Assembly (NCBI GenBank): GCA_963823255.1
Contig: CAWGKU010000008.1
Location: forward strand, 80,075-144,074
DNA from: an uncultured Actinomycetes bacterium
GTDB taxonomy: Bacteria > Actinomycetota > UBA4738 > HRBIN12
Reading direction: 5' to 3'
DNA: 64,000 nucleotides
Shown: positions 28,842-39,308 of the stretch, in pieces
How positions within the stretch are numbered: position 1 is the stretch's first letter
Layout: each line of letters begins with the position of its first letter
Notes under the pieces: model-generated
Told to the model about the DNA's origin: nothing
Seen by the model: only the letters and a program-made list of their open reading frames with translations
Databases searched by the model: none
Made by a program: the position numbers and the translations under genes

Positions 28842-29537
28842 GTGAGGTATCGCGTCGAGCAGCTCGCGGCCGCGTGTGACGTCTCGGTCGACACCGTCCG
28901 CTACTACCAGACCCGGGGTCTCGTCCCGCCGCCCGCGCGCGAGGGCCGGGTCGCCTGGTACGACGACCGCCACGCCGAACGGATCCGCGAGGTACGCGAG
29001 CTCCGGCGCCGAGGGCTCACGCTCGCGGCGATCGAACGGGTGCTCGGCGACGGGCTCGACCCCGCCGACGCGGATCTCGCGGTCGCGATCGCGGCGGCAC
29101 GCGGCGAGGCGCAACAGGACGAGCTCCTCACGCTGGACGGGTTCGCGAGCCGCAGCGGGGTCCCGGCCTCGCTGATCCAGGCGGTCGAGCGCGAAGGGAT
29201 CGAGCTCGGGCGCACGGTCGACGGCGAGGTCCGGTACACCGCCGCCGATATCGACATGGTCCGGGGCGCGCTCCGCCTCCTGGAGTACGGCCTCCCGCTC
29301 GGCGAGCTCCTGTCGCTCGCGCGGGACACGAACGACGCGATGGTCGCCCTCGCCGCACGCGCCGTCGAGTTGTTCGACGAGCATGTCCGCAAGCCGATCC
29401 GGGACACCGCCGGCGCGGAGGGAGCCGCGGCGCAGCTCGTGGAGGCGTTCGACGCGCTGCTGCCGGCCGTGACGAACCTGGTCGCCAACCACTTCCGGCG
29501 GGTGCTGCTGGCCGAGGCCGAGGAGCGTCTGGAGTGA
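28842..29537 (+). CDS. MerR-family transcriptional regulator with two MerR-type HTH repeats
   Basis: Motifs YRVEQLAAACDVSVDTVRYYQTRGLV and LTLDGFASRSGVPASLIQAVEREGI are present. Confidence 0.8.
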   Translation: MRYRVEQLAAACDVSVDTVRYYQTRGLVPPPAREGRVAWYDDRHAERIREVRELRRRGLTLAAIERVLGDGLDPADADLAVAIAAARGEAQQDELLTLDGFASRSGVPASLIQAVEREGIELGRTVDGEVRYTAADIDMVRGALRLLEYGLPLGELLSLARDTNDAMVALAARAVELFDEHVRKPIRDTAGAEGAAAQLVEAFDALLPAVTNLVANHFRRVLLAEAEERLE

Positions 29538-30229
29538 GCGGGACCCCGGAGGGCCTGCCGGAACCGGCCGAGAAGGCGCGCGTCGTGCGTGGCATGTTCG
29601 ACCGGATCTCGAACCGGTACGACCTGGTGAACCGCGTGATGACGTTCGGGATGGACGTCGGGTGGCGTCGGCGCGCGGTGGCCGAGCTCCGTCTGCCCGG
29701 CGACGCGCTGGTGGCCGACCTCGCGTGCGGTACGGGCGACCTGTGCGAGGAGCTGCTCGGCGACGGGTACCGCGCGGTCGGCTTCGACTTCTCGCACGGG
29801 ATGTTGCGCAACGCCCGCACGGCGGCGCAGGTCGTCGAGGCGGACGTGCTCCGGCTCCCGCTGACCGACGGGAGCGTGGACGGCGCGACCTGTGGGTTCG
29901 CGATGCGCAACGTGACCGACCTTGCCGCCTTGTTCGCGGAGACGGCGCGGGTCCTGCGGCCTCGGGGGCGCATCGCGTTCCTCGAGACGGCCGAGCCCGA
30001 CGGGCGCGTGCTGCGGGCGGGCCACTCGCTGTACTTCCGTCGGATCGTGCCGCTGATCGGCGGGGCGCTCTCGGACAAGGAGGCGTACCGGTACCTCCCC
30101 CGCTCGACCGCCTACCTGCCCGAGCCCGAACGGTTGCTCGAGATGCTCCGCGAGGCGGGGTTCGTGCAGGTGGAGCGGACCCCGCTCGGCGGCGGCGTGG
30201 CGCAACTGCTCCTGGGGACCCGGCGATGA
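29534..30229 (+). CDS. ubiE: demethylmenaquinone methyltransferase (UbiE/MenG)
   Basis: Motifs VRGMFDRISNRYDLVNRVMTFGMDVGWRR and DLACGTGD are present. Confidence 0.85.
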   Translation: MSGTPEGLPEPAEKARVVRGMFDRISNRYDLVNRVMTFGMDVGWRRRAVAELRLPGDALVADLACGTGDLCEELLGDGYRAVGFDFSHGMLRNARTAAQVVEADVLRLPLTDGSVDGATCGFAMRNVTDLAALFAETARVLRPRGRIAFLETAEPDGRVLRAGHSLYFRRIVPLIGGALSDKEAYRYLPRSTAYLPEPERLLEMLREAGFVQVERTPLGGGVAQLLLGTRR

Positions 30230-30251
30230 GGTCCACGATGAGGCCGGCCGC

Positions 30252-31501
30252 GTGACCATGGCCGCGAGGGCGACCCGGCTGGGACCGGCGTTCGACCTGC
30301 TCGCCGGGTACCGCGAGGGCGGCTTCTTCCTCGAACGCTCCGGGCTCGGGCTCGCGACCAGCGGCGAGGTCGACCGGGTCTCGGCCGAGGCCGGGCCCGA
30401 GCGCATCCTGCGCCTGTCGCGTTCGGCGGTCGAGGTGCTGGCCGCGATCGAGGCCGAACCCGGCTCGCCGCCCCGGCGGTGGTGGCGTCGATCCCGTTCG
30501 ACGACCGCGAGCCGGCGGAGGCGGTCGTCCCGCGAAGGACAACCTTGCGTCTGGACGCCGGCGAGACCTGGCAGATCGAGATCGCGCCGCGGGGCGAGAC
30601 CCCGCACGCGGGCGAACGCGAACGCTGGACCGGACGGACGCTCCCGCACGACGCGTTCGAGGAGATCCAGCTCCGGCCCGATCCCGAGCCCGACGAGTAC
30701 GCGGCGGCGGTGGCCCAGGCGACCGAGCGGATCCGCGCCGGCGAGCTCCGCAAGGTCGTGCTCGCTCGCACGATGCTCGTGAACGCGGGTCGGACGCTCG
30801 ACGCGAAGCAGCTGCTGTGGCGGCTGCGCGCCGTCGACGCGGACTGCTACGCGTTCGCGGCCCCGCAGCCGAACGCGGTGACGGGTTCGGTGCTCGTCGG
30901 CGCCACGCCGGAGCTCCTGCTGCGCCGCCGCGGCCGGCTCGTCGAGGCGACACCGCTCGCGGGTTCGTCGCAGCGGTTCGGAGACGCAGCGCGCGACCGC
31001 GCCTCGGCGGACCGGCTGTTCCGTTCGGGCAAGGATCGCGAGGAGCACGCGGTGGTCGTCCAGGACGTCCACCACATCCTCGAGTCGTTCTGCGAGGACC
31101 TCGTCCACCCGCACGAGCCGGAGCTGCTCGGCACCGCCAACGTGTGGCACCTCGCGACGCCGTTCCGGGGGCGCCTGCACGACCCGTCGGTCACCGCGCT
31201 CGAACTCGTGGCCGCGCTCCACCCGACGCCCGCCGTGTGCGGATCACCGCGCGAGACCGCTCGCGAGGCGCTCGAGGACCTCGAGCCGATCGAGCGGGGC
31301 GGGTACGCGGGGCCCGTCGGCTGGATGGACGCGAACGGCGACGGCGAATGGGCGATCGCGCTGCGCTGCGCCGAGATCACGGGTTCGATGGCCCGGCTGT
31401 TCGCGGGCGCCGGCATCGTCGCCGACTCGGAGCCCGAGGCCGAGCTCGACGAGACCGAGCGCAAGTTCCGGGCCCTGCTGGACGCGCTCCGCTGGGGCTG
31501 A
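30252..31501 (+). pseudogene. menF: isochorismate synthase MenF; 1-nt deletion in the C-run at about 30471-30474
   Basis: Frame 0 gives MTMAARATRLGPAFDLLAGYREGGFFLERSGLGLATSG...EAEPGSP. Frame 2 continues PAVVASIPFDDREP...GATPELLLRRRG..ATPLAGS..KDREEHAVVV..LHPTPAVCG..ERGGYAGPVGW..IALRCA..AGAGIVADSEPEAELDET. Length is 3n+2. Confidence 0.8.
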
Positions 31502-31502
31502 G

Positions 31503-31979
31503 TCAGTCCCCGGCCAGATCCATCCCGAGCGGCCCGGCCTCGGCGCCGAACCCCGCGCGCCGGTAGAACGAGACCGACCGGGGCGTCGGCCAGACCACGG
31601 CCTCCGCCGCCTCGCGCTCGCGCGCGTACGTCATCGCGGCGTCGAGCAGGCGACCGCCCAGGCCTTCGTCGCGGAGCGAAGGCTCGACGTACACGTTCGT
31701 CACGTACGCGATCGGGCGCTCCCATCGGTCCCGGCTCGGATGCGGGATCTTCTCGACGAACTGCAACCACACGCACCCGACCGGCCGGCCCGCGTCCTCG
31801 GCGACCCACGCCCGCCAGGCCGTCTCGTCGGCGAGCACGTCGATCGCGAAGGCGCGGAACTCACCGGCGAACGCCTCGAACGAGCGGGACACCGGCGTCC
31901 CCTGTTCGACGCGGAAGTCCCATCGGAGCCGCGCGAGCTCGTCGGCATCGCCGGCCGTCGCCCGGCGGATCTCGACCAT
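31503..31979 (-). CDS. GNAT-family N-acetyltransferase
   Basis: 159 aa from MVEIRRATAGD. The acetyl-CoA motif VEPSLRDEGLGGRLLDAA is present. Confidence 0.8.
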   Translation of the reverse strand: MVEIRRATAGDADELARLRWDFRVEQGTPVSRSFEAFAGEFRAFAIDVLADETAWRAWVAEDAGRPVGCVWLQFVEKIPHPSRDRWERPIAYVTNVYVEPSLRDEGLGGRLLDAAMTYAREREAAEAVVWPTPRSVSFYRRAGFGAEAGPLGMDLAGD

Positions 31980-32001
31980 CAGGCTGCGAACCCGCCCACG
32001 C

Positions 32002-33693
32002 TCACATCGTAGGCCGGTCCAAGACCGAGGCGACCGCGTCCCGGACCGCGGCGTGCAGCTCGACGTTACGGGCACGGTCGGTCGGGACCTCGACGACGTG
32101 GACCCCGCCGGCCTCGCGCGCTCGTTCGACCGCGGGGATCAGGTCGGCGGCGTGTTCGACCAGCGCGTGTCCCGCGCCGGCCGCACGGCAGATCGCGCCG
32201 AGCTCGAGCCCGTGCGGCGTCGCGAACAGCTCCTCGAACTCGGGCAGCTCGCGTTGCGGGAGGAACGAGAAGATCGCGCCGCCGTCGTTGTTCGGCACGA
32301 CGAACACGCAGTCGTACCCGCGATGCGCGCTCCAGATCAAGGAGCCGAGATCGTGCAGCAACGTGAGATCGCCGCACAGCGCGGTCGTCGGAGTGCCCGC
32401 GGCCGAGACCCCGAGCGCCGTCGAGACGAACCCGTCGATCCCGCTCGCCCCGCGGTTCGCGAGGACCCGGATACCGTCGCGGGGACGCATGTACGCGTCG
32501 AGGTCGCGCACCGGCATGCTGGAACCGACGACGAGCGTGCCGCGATCGGGGGCGGACGCGGCGACGTCGCGCGCGACCCGGCCCTCGAATGGCTCCTCCC
32601 AACCGTCGACCGTCGCATCGACGGCGTCTCGAGCGCGCTCGTCCGCATCGGTCCACGCGCGGAGCCAGGCGCTCTCTCCCGCCGGCTCGGATCCCGGCAA
32701 CAGATCGGGCACGAAGCCCGCAGGCTCCGCGCGGAGGGTCCAGGCGGCCTTGCGGTGAGGGTCGCCGACGAGATGGTCCTGGTCGACGATGACCAGCCGG
32801 CCCGCCCTGCGGACGAGCTCGAGCCCAGCCCTCGACGTCGGCGCGGCGCCGAACTGCACCACCACCTCGGGGACGTGCTCGTTCGCGAACCTCGCGTCGG
32901 CGAGGAGGAACGGACCCGCCGAGAGCGCGCCCGGGACGCGGAGGTTCGAGGTGGGTTCGGCCAGGAGCGGCCATCCCGCTCGAGCCGCCAGTTCGGGAAG
33001 CGTCGGGGGTGTCTCCCGCATCGAACCCGCGAGGATCAGGCCATCGGTCGTGGAGGTGAGCTCGCGCTCGAGCGCGTCGATCTCCTCGGGTTCGGGGCTG
33101 ACCGACAGGGTGAACTCGGTTCCGGACGGCGGCGAGGCTGACAGGACCTGGGGTGCACCCACCAGCGGTTCGCGGAAGGGCAGGTTCAGGTGCACCGGGC
33201 CGGGCGGCAGCCCCATCGACGCCCGGGTGAGCTCGAGGACCAGGTCGTGCCAGGCCTGCTCGTCGGCCACGTCTCCCGGGATGGGCGCGTCGATCGACGC
33301 GCGAACGTACCCGCCGAACAGCCCGACCTGGTCGATCGTCTGGTTCGCGCCGACGCCGCGCAGCTCGGGCGGCCGATCGGCGGTCAGGAGCATCAGCGTC
33401 GCACGGGACAGCGACGCCTCGACGACCGCAGGCAGGAGCTCGGCGACGGCGGTGCCGCTCGTGCAGGCCACGCCGACCGGACGGCCGGTCGCCTTCGCGA
33501 TGCCGAGCGCGAAGAACCCCGCTGCGCGCTCGTCGAGATGGACGTGCAGTCGGACGTGCGGATGACGCGCGAGCGCGAGCGCGAGCGGTGTCGAGCGCGA
33601 CCCGGGCGAGACCGTCGCCTGTTCCATGCCGGACCGCACGAGGTCGTCGACGACCCACCAGGCGGCCGCGAAGGCATGCTCGGCTTCGCTCAT
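32002..33693 (-). CDS. menD: 2-succinyl-5-enolpyruvyl-6-hydroxy-3-cyclohexene-1-carboxylate synthase
   Basis: 563 aa. The ThDP-enzyme N-terminus (SPGSRSTPLALALA...TSGTAVAELLPAVVEA..LLTADRPPELRG) is typical of MenD. Confidence 0.88.
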   Translation of the reverse strand: MSEAEHAFAAAWWVVDDLVRSGMEQATVSPGSRSTPLALALARHPHVRLHVHLDERAAGFFALGIAKATGRPVGVACTSGTAVAELLPAVVEASLSRATLMLLTADRPPELRGVGANQTIDQVGLFGGYVRASIDAPIPGDVADEQAWHDLVLELTRASMGLPPGPVHLNLPFREPLVGAPQVLSASPPSGTEFTLSVSPEPEEIDALERELTSTTDGLILAGSMRETPPTLPELAARAGWPLLAEPTSNLRVPGALSAGPFLLADARFANEHVPEVVVQFGAAPTSRAGLELVRRAGRLVIVDQDHLVGDPHRKAAWTLRAEPAGFVPDLLPGSEPAGESAWLRAWTDADERARDAVDATVDGWEEPFEGRVARDVAASAPDRGTLVVGSSMPVRDLDAYMRPRDGIRVLANRGASGIDGFVSTALGVSAAGTPTTALCGDLTLLHDLGSLIWSAHRGYDCVFVVPNNDGGAIFSFLPQRELPEFEELFATPHGLELGAICRAAGAGHALVEHAADLIPAVERAREAGGVHVVEVPTDRARNVELHAAVRDAVASVLDRPTM

Positions 33694-33697
33694 CGGC

Positions 33698-34590
33698 TCA
33701 CCACGCGATCCACAGCCCGATCGCGAGCAGCGCCCCGAACACCGCCTGCAGCCTCGCCGTCCCTACCAGCACCGGGACCAACTCGCGGCCGGCGGCGCGG
33801 CCGACCTGTTCGAACGGCCGGACCGCGACGATCGCCGCCCCGAGCGCGAACAGGGACCATGCCGGGAGCCCGCTCCCCGATCGGCGAACGCGTCGACCAC
33901 GACGCCGAGCACGACCGCGCCGAACGCCGCGACCACGCACGCCCGATACAGCACCCGCGTCCGCGCGTCGCCGAGTCGCACGGCGAGCGTGCGCTTCCCG
34001 GCGACGGCGTCCGTGGGGATGTCGCGCAGGTTGTTCGCGACAAGGATCGCGACGGCGAGCAGGCCGATCGGCACCGAGGCCCACCACGCCGCCGTGGGGA
34101 CGCTCTCGGCCTGGACGAACGCACTCCCCGCGGTCGCCATCAGCCCGAAGAACACGAAGACCATCACCTCGCCCAGACCGAGCTCGGCGTAGGGCCTCGG
34201 CCCGCCGCTGTAGAGCCAGAGCGCGAGCATCGCGAGAGCCCCGATCGGCACGAGCCACCATGTCGTCGCGGCGGCCAGGGCCAGCCCGGCGACGCCCGCG
34301 ACGAGGATCGAGAGCAGCGCGACGATCAGGACCGTCCGCGCTGGCGCCAGTCCCGAAGAGGTGAGCCTCGGAGGTCCGAGCCGGTCGGGCGTGTCCACGC
34401 CGCGAACGCCGTCGTGGAAGTCGTTCGCGAGGTTCACGCCCACCTGGAGCCCGAGCGCGACCAGGAGCGCCGCGACGAAACGCCAGGGCACGAACACCCC
34501 GGCCGCGGCGGTCCCGACGACGACGGGGGTGATGCCGGCCCCGAGCGTCCGCGGCCGCGCGCCCTGGACCCAGACGCCGAGACGGCTCAC
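33698..34590 (-). pseudogene. menA: 1,4-dihydroxy-2-naphthoate polyprenyltransferase MenA; 1-nt deletion in the C4/G4 run at 33875-33878
   Basis: The main frame carries UbiA motifs (NLANDFHDGVRG, NNLRDIPTD) to ...VVDAFADRG. The last 60 aa (SGLPAWSLFALGAAIVAVRPF...LLAIGLWIAW) are in the adjacent frame. Length is 3n+2. Confidence 0.8.
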
Positions 34591-35420
34591 GGCCGCTTCG
34601 GGAACCTCGTGAAGTCCGGCGCGCGCTTCTCCACGAACGCGTCCCGGCCCTCCTGCGCCTCCTCCGTCATGTAGTAGAGGAGGGTCGCGTCACCGGCGAG
34701 CTGCTGCACGCCGGCCAGACCGTCCATCCCGGCGTTCGAACCGGCCTTCAGCAATCGCAGGGACAGCGGGCTCATCCGCAGCATCTCGCGGCACCAGGAC
34801 ACGGTCTCGCGTTCGAGCTGTTCGAGCGGCACGACGGTGTTGACCAGCCCCCACGCGAGCGCGGTCGTCGCGTCGTACTGGCGGCAGAGGAACCAGACCT
34901 CCTTCGCGCGTTTCTCGCCGATCTGACGCGCGAGCAGGTTGATCCCGTACCCGCCGTCGAACGACCCCACCCGCGGCCCGGATTGGCCGAACCTCGCGTT
35001 GTCCGCCGCGATCGTCAGGTCGCAGCACACGTGCAGGACGTGGCCGCCGCCGATCGCGTACCCGGCCACCATCGCGACGACCGGCTTGGGGAGCCGCCGG
35101 ATCTGGATCTGGAGGTCCAGGACGTTGAGGCGACCGATCCCGTGCTCGTCCACGTAGCCGTCGTCGCCTCGGACCTTCTGGTCCCCGCCGCTGCAGAACG
35201 CCTCGGTCCCCTGGCCGGTGAGGACCACCACGCCGATCTCGGGATCGTCGCGCGCGACGTCGAACGCCCGGATCAGCTCGCGCACGGTGAGCGGTCGGAA
35301 CGCGTTGCGCACCTCGGGCCGGTCGATCGTGATCTTGGCGATGCCCTCCGCCGTCTCGTACCGGATGTCCGTGTACGCGCCGGACCTCGTCCAGCTGGGG
35401 ACCGGGGTGTCTGACGTCAT
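34587..35420 (-). CDS. menB: 1,4-dihydroxy-2-naphthoyl-CoA synthase
   Basis: The crotonase fold includes [12 protein letters not shown] and [23 protein letters not shown]. 277 aa. Confidence 0.92.
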   Translation of the reverse strand: MTSDTPVPSWTRSGAYTDIRYETAEGIAKITIDRPEVRNAFRPLTVRELIRAFDVARDDPEIGVVVLTGQGTEAFCSGGDQKVRGDDGYVDEHGIGRLNVLDLQIQIRRLPKPVVAMVAGYAIGGGHVLHVCCDLTIAADNARFGQSGPRVGSFDGGYGINLLARQIGEKRAKEVWFLCRQYDATTALAWGLVNTVVPLEQLERETVSWCREMLRMSPLSLRLLKAGSNAGMDGLAGVQQLAGDATLLYYMTEEAQEGRDAFVEKRAPDFTRFPKRP

Positions 35421-35460
35421 GACTGCGCACTCCTAGAGCGAACACTCGAACGGTCTGGGC

Positions 35461-35466
35461 TAGCCT
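35461..35466 (+). promoter_or_regulatory. -10 box TAGCCT, 7 nt upstream of the menE GTG (leaderless-type)
   Basis: Read directly from the sequence. Confidence 0.3.
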
Positions 35467-35473
35467 AGCGGAT

Positions 35474-36658
35474 GTGCCGGCCCTCGAACATGTCTCGGTC
35501 AGCTCGGGCGACGTCGTCGCGGTCTCGTGGGAGCCCGCCCCGGCGTGGTTCGACCTGGTCGCCGAGATCTGGGGCTCGGGGGCCGCCCTCCTTCCGATCG
35601 ACCACCGCCTGCCCGACCTCGAAGCGCAGGCGCTCCTGCACCGCGCCCGGCCGACCGTGTCGATCGACGGCGGTGGAGCGCGGCGGATCGACGGCGAGCC
35701 CGCCGATCCCGAGGTCGCGGTGATCGTCCCGACCAGCGGCACGGGCGGAGCGCCGAAGTTCGTGGAGTTCGACCGGGCGGCGATCGACGCGGCGGTAGCG
35801 TCCTCCGCGCTGGCGCTCGGAGCGTCCGACGAAGACCGCTGGCTCTGCTGCCTCCCGTTGGCGCACGTCGGCGGCCTGCTGGTCCTGCTCCGGGCGATCC
35901 TGCTCGGCGCCCCGGTGACGATCCACGCCGGGTTCGACGCCGGCGCCGTCGCGGCGGAGCGTCACTCGGCCTTCACCTCGCTGGTCCCCACGATGCTCGG
36001 GCGGCTCGTCTCGGCGGGGGCCGACCTGTCGGCGTTCCGGGCGATCCTGGTCGGCGGCGCCCACCTTTCGCCGGACCTGCGCGCGGACGCCGAACGCGCC
36101 GGCGCGAACGTCGTCGAGACCTATGGCCTCACGGAGACGTGCGGGGGCGTCGTGTATGACGGCGTCCCGCTCCCCGGCACCGAGATGCGGATCGACCCGG
36201 AAGGTGGCATCGAGCTGCGCGGTCCGACGCTGATGCGCGGGTACCGGTTCGACACGGAGGCCGGCGCCGCGGCCTTCACCGAGGACGGCTGGCTGCGGCC
36301 CGGTGACGCGGGCGAGATCGACCGCGAGGGCCGCCTCCACGTCGTGGGTCGGTTCGATGACCTGATCAACACCGGCGGCGAGAAGGTGTGGCCCGACGAG
36401 GTCGAGGCGGCCCTCCGCGAGCACCCCGGCGTCCGCGACGTGGCCGCCGGTGGCCGGCTCGATCCCGAGTGGGGCCAGCGCGTCGCCGTCTGGGTCGTCC
36501 CCGCCGATCCGGCGGACCCCCCGTCGCTCGAGGAGCTGCGCGCGTTCGCCGCGCGAACCCTCCCCCGCTACGCGGCGCCGCGCGAGCTCACCCTGGCGGA
36601 GTGGCTCCCTCGGACGCCATCGGGCAAGCTTCGACGTGCTGCGTTGCCCCGGGACTGA
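35474..36658 (+). CDS. menE: o-succinylbenzoate--CoA ligase (short actinobacterial form)
   Basis: Adenylate-forming motifs [25 protein letters not shown] and [10 protein letters not shown] are present, and the gene sits in the men cluster. Confidence 0.8.
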   Translation: MPALEHVSVSSGDVVAVSWEPAPAWFDLVAEIWGSGAALLPIDHRLPDLEAQALLHRARPTVSIDGGGARRIDGEPADPEVAVIVPTSGTGGAPKFVEFDRAAIDAAVASSALALGASDEDRWLCCLPLAHVGGLLVLLRAILLGAPVTIHAGFDAGAVAAERHSAFTSLVPTMLGRLVSAGADLSAFRAILVGGAHLSPDLRADAERAGANVVETYGLTETCGGVVYDGVPLPGTEMRIDPEGGIELRGPTLMRGYRFDTEAGAAAFTEDGWLRPGDAGEIDREGRLHVVGRFDDLINTGGEKVWPDEVEAALREHPGVRDVAAGGRLDPEWGQRVAVWVVPADPADPPSLEELRAFAARTLPRYAAPRELTLAEWLPRTPSGKLRRAALPRD

Positions 36659-36702
36659 ACGGGAATAGGCTGCGGTTATCCTCGGTGGAGGAGCGGGGTC
36701 AC

Positions 36703-37641
36703 ATGGTCGACGAGCGCAGCACCGTCATCTTGGGTTCGGGGCCGGCCGGGTACACGGCCGCGCTCTACGCTGCCCGGGCGAACCTGCGACCCCTGCTGGT
36801 GAAGGGGCTCGAGGCCGGCGGACAGCTGATGCTGACCACGGACGTCGAGAACTACCCGGGGTTCCCTGACGGCATCCTCGGACCCGAGCTGATGGACGCG
36901 TTCGAGAAGCAGGCGGCCCGGTTCGAGACCGACATCGTGGCGCAGTCGGTCACGCGGGTGGACCTGTCGGACCGCCCCTTCGGCGTGTGGGCCGGCGACC
37001 TCGAGTGGCGGGCCCGGACGCTGATCTTGGCGACCGGCGCGAGCGCGCGGTGGCTGGGCGTCCCCGGCGAGGAGACGCTCCGCGGGCGTGGCGTCAGCGC
37101 CTGCGCCACGTGCGACGGGTTCTTCTTCCGCGACCGCGAGCTCGTCGTCGTCGGCGGTGGCGACACGGCGATGGAGGAAGCGACGTTCCTCACGAAGTTC
37201 GCGAGCACGGTCACGATCGTGCACCGCCGCGACGAGTTCCGCGCATCCAAGATCATGCAGGAGCGCGTGCTCTCGAACCCGAAGATCCGGGTGACGTGGG
37301 ACACCGTCGTCGAGGAGATCGTCGGCGACAGCGCGGTGACCGCCGTGCGCCTGCGGAACGTGGCGACCGGTGCGACGAGCGAGCACCCGACCGACGGCGT
37401 GTTCGTCGCGATCGGGCACACCCCGAACACCGACCTAGTGAAGGGGCAGCTCGAGCTCACGGACAGCGGCTACGTCCTCGTCCAGGAGCCAACCACCAAG
37501 ACGAGCGTCCCCGGCGTGTTCGCGGCCGGCGACGTCACCGACCTGATCTACCGTCAGGCGGTCACGGCCGCGGGCCAGGGGTGCAAGGCCGCGATCGACG
37601 CCGAGCGGTTCCTGGAAGAGCAGGCGCACGGAACAGGTTGA
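36703..37641 (+). CDS. trxB: thioredoxin-disulfide reductase
   Basis: Motifs [15 protein letters not shown], redox CATCDG and [10 protein letters not shown] are present. SD ggaggagcgggg lies upstream of the ATG. Confidence 0.92.
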   Translation: MVDERSTVILGSGPAGYTAALYAARANLRPLLVKGLEAGGQLMLTTDVENYPGFPDGILGPELMDAFEKQAARFETDIVAQSVTRVDLSDRPFGVWAGDLEWRARTLILATGASARWLGVPGEETLRGRGVSACATCDGFFFRDRELVVVGGGDTAMEEATFLTKFASTVTIVHRRDEFRASKIMQERVLSNPKIRVTWDTVVEEIVGDSAVTAVRLRNVATGATSEHPTDGVFVAIGHTPNTDLVKGQLELTDSGYVLVQEPTTKTSVPGVFAAGDVTDLIYRQAVTAAGQGCKAAIDAERFLEEQAHGTG

Positions 37642-37689
37642 CACGGGTACGACCAGAACAACGATGAGCGACCGAAAGGACGATGACAC

Positions 37690-38022
37690 GTGGTGATGAT
37701 GGGTGACGTGACGGACGCCGATTTCGAGGAGAGGGTGCTCGGATCCGAGACGCCCGTGCTCGTGGACTTCTGGGCCGAATGGTGCGTGCCGTGCCACATG
37801 GTCTCGCCCGTGGTCGAGGAGATCGGTCAAGACAAGGGCGACACGCTGCAGGTCGCGAAGTTGAACATCGACGACAACCCCGACGTCACGCGGCGCTTCG
37901 GCGTGATGAGCATCCCGACGCTGATGCTGTTCAAGGACGGCGTGGAGATCGCGCGCGTCGTGGGCGCCCGGGGCAAGGACGCGCTCCTGAAGGAGATCGA
38001 CCCGCACGTGCCTGCCGCCTAG
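37690..38022 (+). CDS. trxA: thioredoxin (active site WCVPC)
   Basis: Motifs VLVDFWAEWCVPCHMVSP and GVMSIPTLMLFKDG are present. There are several in-frame GTG/ATG starts between 37690 and 37699. Confidence 0.9.
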   Translation: MVMMGDVTDADFEERVLGSETPVLVDFWAEWCVPCHMVSPVVEEIGQDKGDTLQVAKLNIDDNPDVTRRFGVMSIPTLMLFKDGVEIARVVGARGKDALLKEIDPHVPAA

Positions 38023-38081
38023 CGGCGCGTTCCTCGCACCGTCCGGTTGCCGGACGGCCCTGTTCCGCGGAGACTCCGGAC

Positions 38082-39134
38082 GTGGACCTCATCCGAACCG
38101 GCGCACGGGGCGAGGACGTCCGCGACGTGCAGCATCGGCTGCTCGGGGCGGGGATGAGGATCGAACCCGACGAGCTCGACGGGTCGTTCGGCGCCTCGAC
38201 GGAGGCGGCACTTCGAGAGTTCCAGCGCGCGCGGGGGCTCCCGCCGGACGGGATCTTGGGGCCCGACACCTGGGGGCAGCTCGTCGAGGCCGGCTACCGG
38301 CTCGGCGACCGCACCCTGTACCTGCGCTCGCCGGCGTTCCGCGGGGACGACGTCCGCGAGCTCCAGCGGATGCTGAACGCCCTCGGGTTCGACGCGGGCA
38401 AGGAGGACGGGATCTTCGGGCCGCGGACCGATCGCGGCCTCCGAGAGTTCCAACGCAACGTCGGGTCCGCGGTCGACGGGATCGTCGGGCTCGACACCGT
38501 GCACGCGATCACCCGCTACCGGCCTGCCGTCGGCGCCCCGAGCCGCGCCGTCGTGCGCGAGGGCGAGGCCGCGCGCGGACCGGGGCTCGCGCTCGCGGGT
38601 TCGACGATCGCGATCGACCCCGACCGGATCGACGCGGACGAGCTCGACCTCGCGCTGGCGATCGCCTCGGAGCTCTCGGAAGAGCTCACGCGGCTCGGTG
38701 CTCGTCCACTGTTGCTGCGCAAGGGTTCCGAGCTCGCGCCGGTCGACGAACGCATCCGGCGCGCGAACGCCGGCAACGCCGCCGCCCTGATCTCGATCGC
38801 CGTCGGCTCGGGCGAGCAGGTCGAACGCGGGTCGGCGTGCTTCCACTACGGGACGCCCACCACGCACTCCCCGATGGGGCGCCGCCTCGCGGAGTCGATC
38901 CAACACGCCCTCCTCCGCAGGCTCGGTCTGCCCGACGGCGGGCTGCACCCACGTTCGATCGCGATCCTGCGCGAGACCCGCATGCCGGCGGCGCGCATCG
39001 AGCCGGCCGTGGCGCTCGACGAACTCGACGCGTCCCGCATCGGGGAGCCGGCGTTCGCGGGCGACGTGGCGCGTGCCATCGCGGACGGTGTGATCGCCTT
39101 CTCGCGGCCGGCGCCCGCGGAGCTCGCGCGCTGA
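38082..39134 (+). CDS. cwlM: CwlM-like protein: two PG_binding_1 repeats plus a degenerate amidase_3 domain
   Basis: There are two peptidoglycan-binding repeats (VRDVQHRLL..DGSFGASTEAALREFQ and VRELQRMLN..DGIFGPRTDRGLREFQ). In the amidase_3 region, DPGHGG is replaced by DPDRID and SIHxN by SIAVGS. Confidence 0.8.
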   Translation: MDLIRTGARGEDVRDVQHRLLGAGMRIEPDELDGSFGASTEAALREFQRARGLPPDGILGPDTWGQLVEAGYRLGDRTLYLRSPAFRGDDVRELQRMLNALGFDAGKEDGIFGPRTDRGLREFQRNVGSAVDGIVGLDTVHAITRYRPAVGAPSRAVVREGEAARGPGLALAGSTIAIDPDRIDADELDLALAIASELSEELTRLGARPLLLRKGSELAPVDERIRRANAGNAAALISIAVGSGEQVERGSACFHYGTPTTHSPMGRRLAESIQHALLRRLGLPDGGLHPRSIAILRETRMPAARIEPAVALDELDASRIGEPAFAGDVARAIADGVIAFSRPAPAELAR

Positions 39135-39153
39135 CCGAGCCGAACGGCGTCGC

Positions 39154-39288
39154 TTAGCCGGGGTTCGCTCCACCGATGCGCCGCCCGGACGCGCGGCGGG
39201 CCACCAGCAGGAGCACGAGGCCGAGCGCGAACCCGAGCGCGAGCGCCTTGCCGGCGCGCCGGAGCTCGGCGTCGGAGGGGGCTCCCAT
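39154..39288 (-). CDS. possible 44-aa single-TM small protein (MGAPSDAELRRAGKALALGFALGLVLLLVARRASGRRIGGANPG)
   Basis: This ORF is below the 60-aa ORF-track cutoff. It has ATG start, a TAA stop and a hydrophobic core. There is no homology evidence. Confidence 0.3.
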   Translation of the reverse strand: MGAPSDAELRRAGKALALGFALGLVLLLVARRASGRRIGGANPG

Positions 39289-39308
39289 CGGATAGGTATC
39301 GTACGTCG

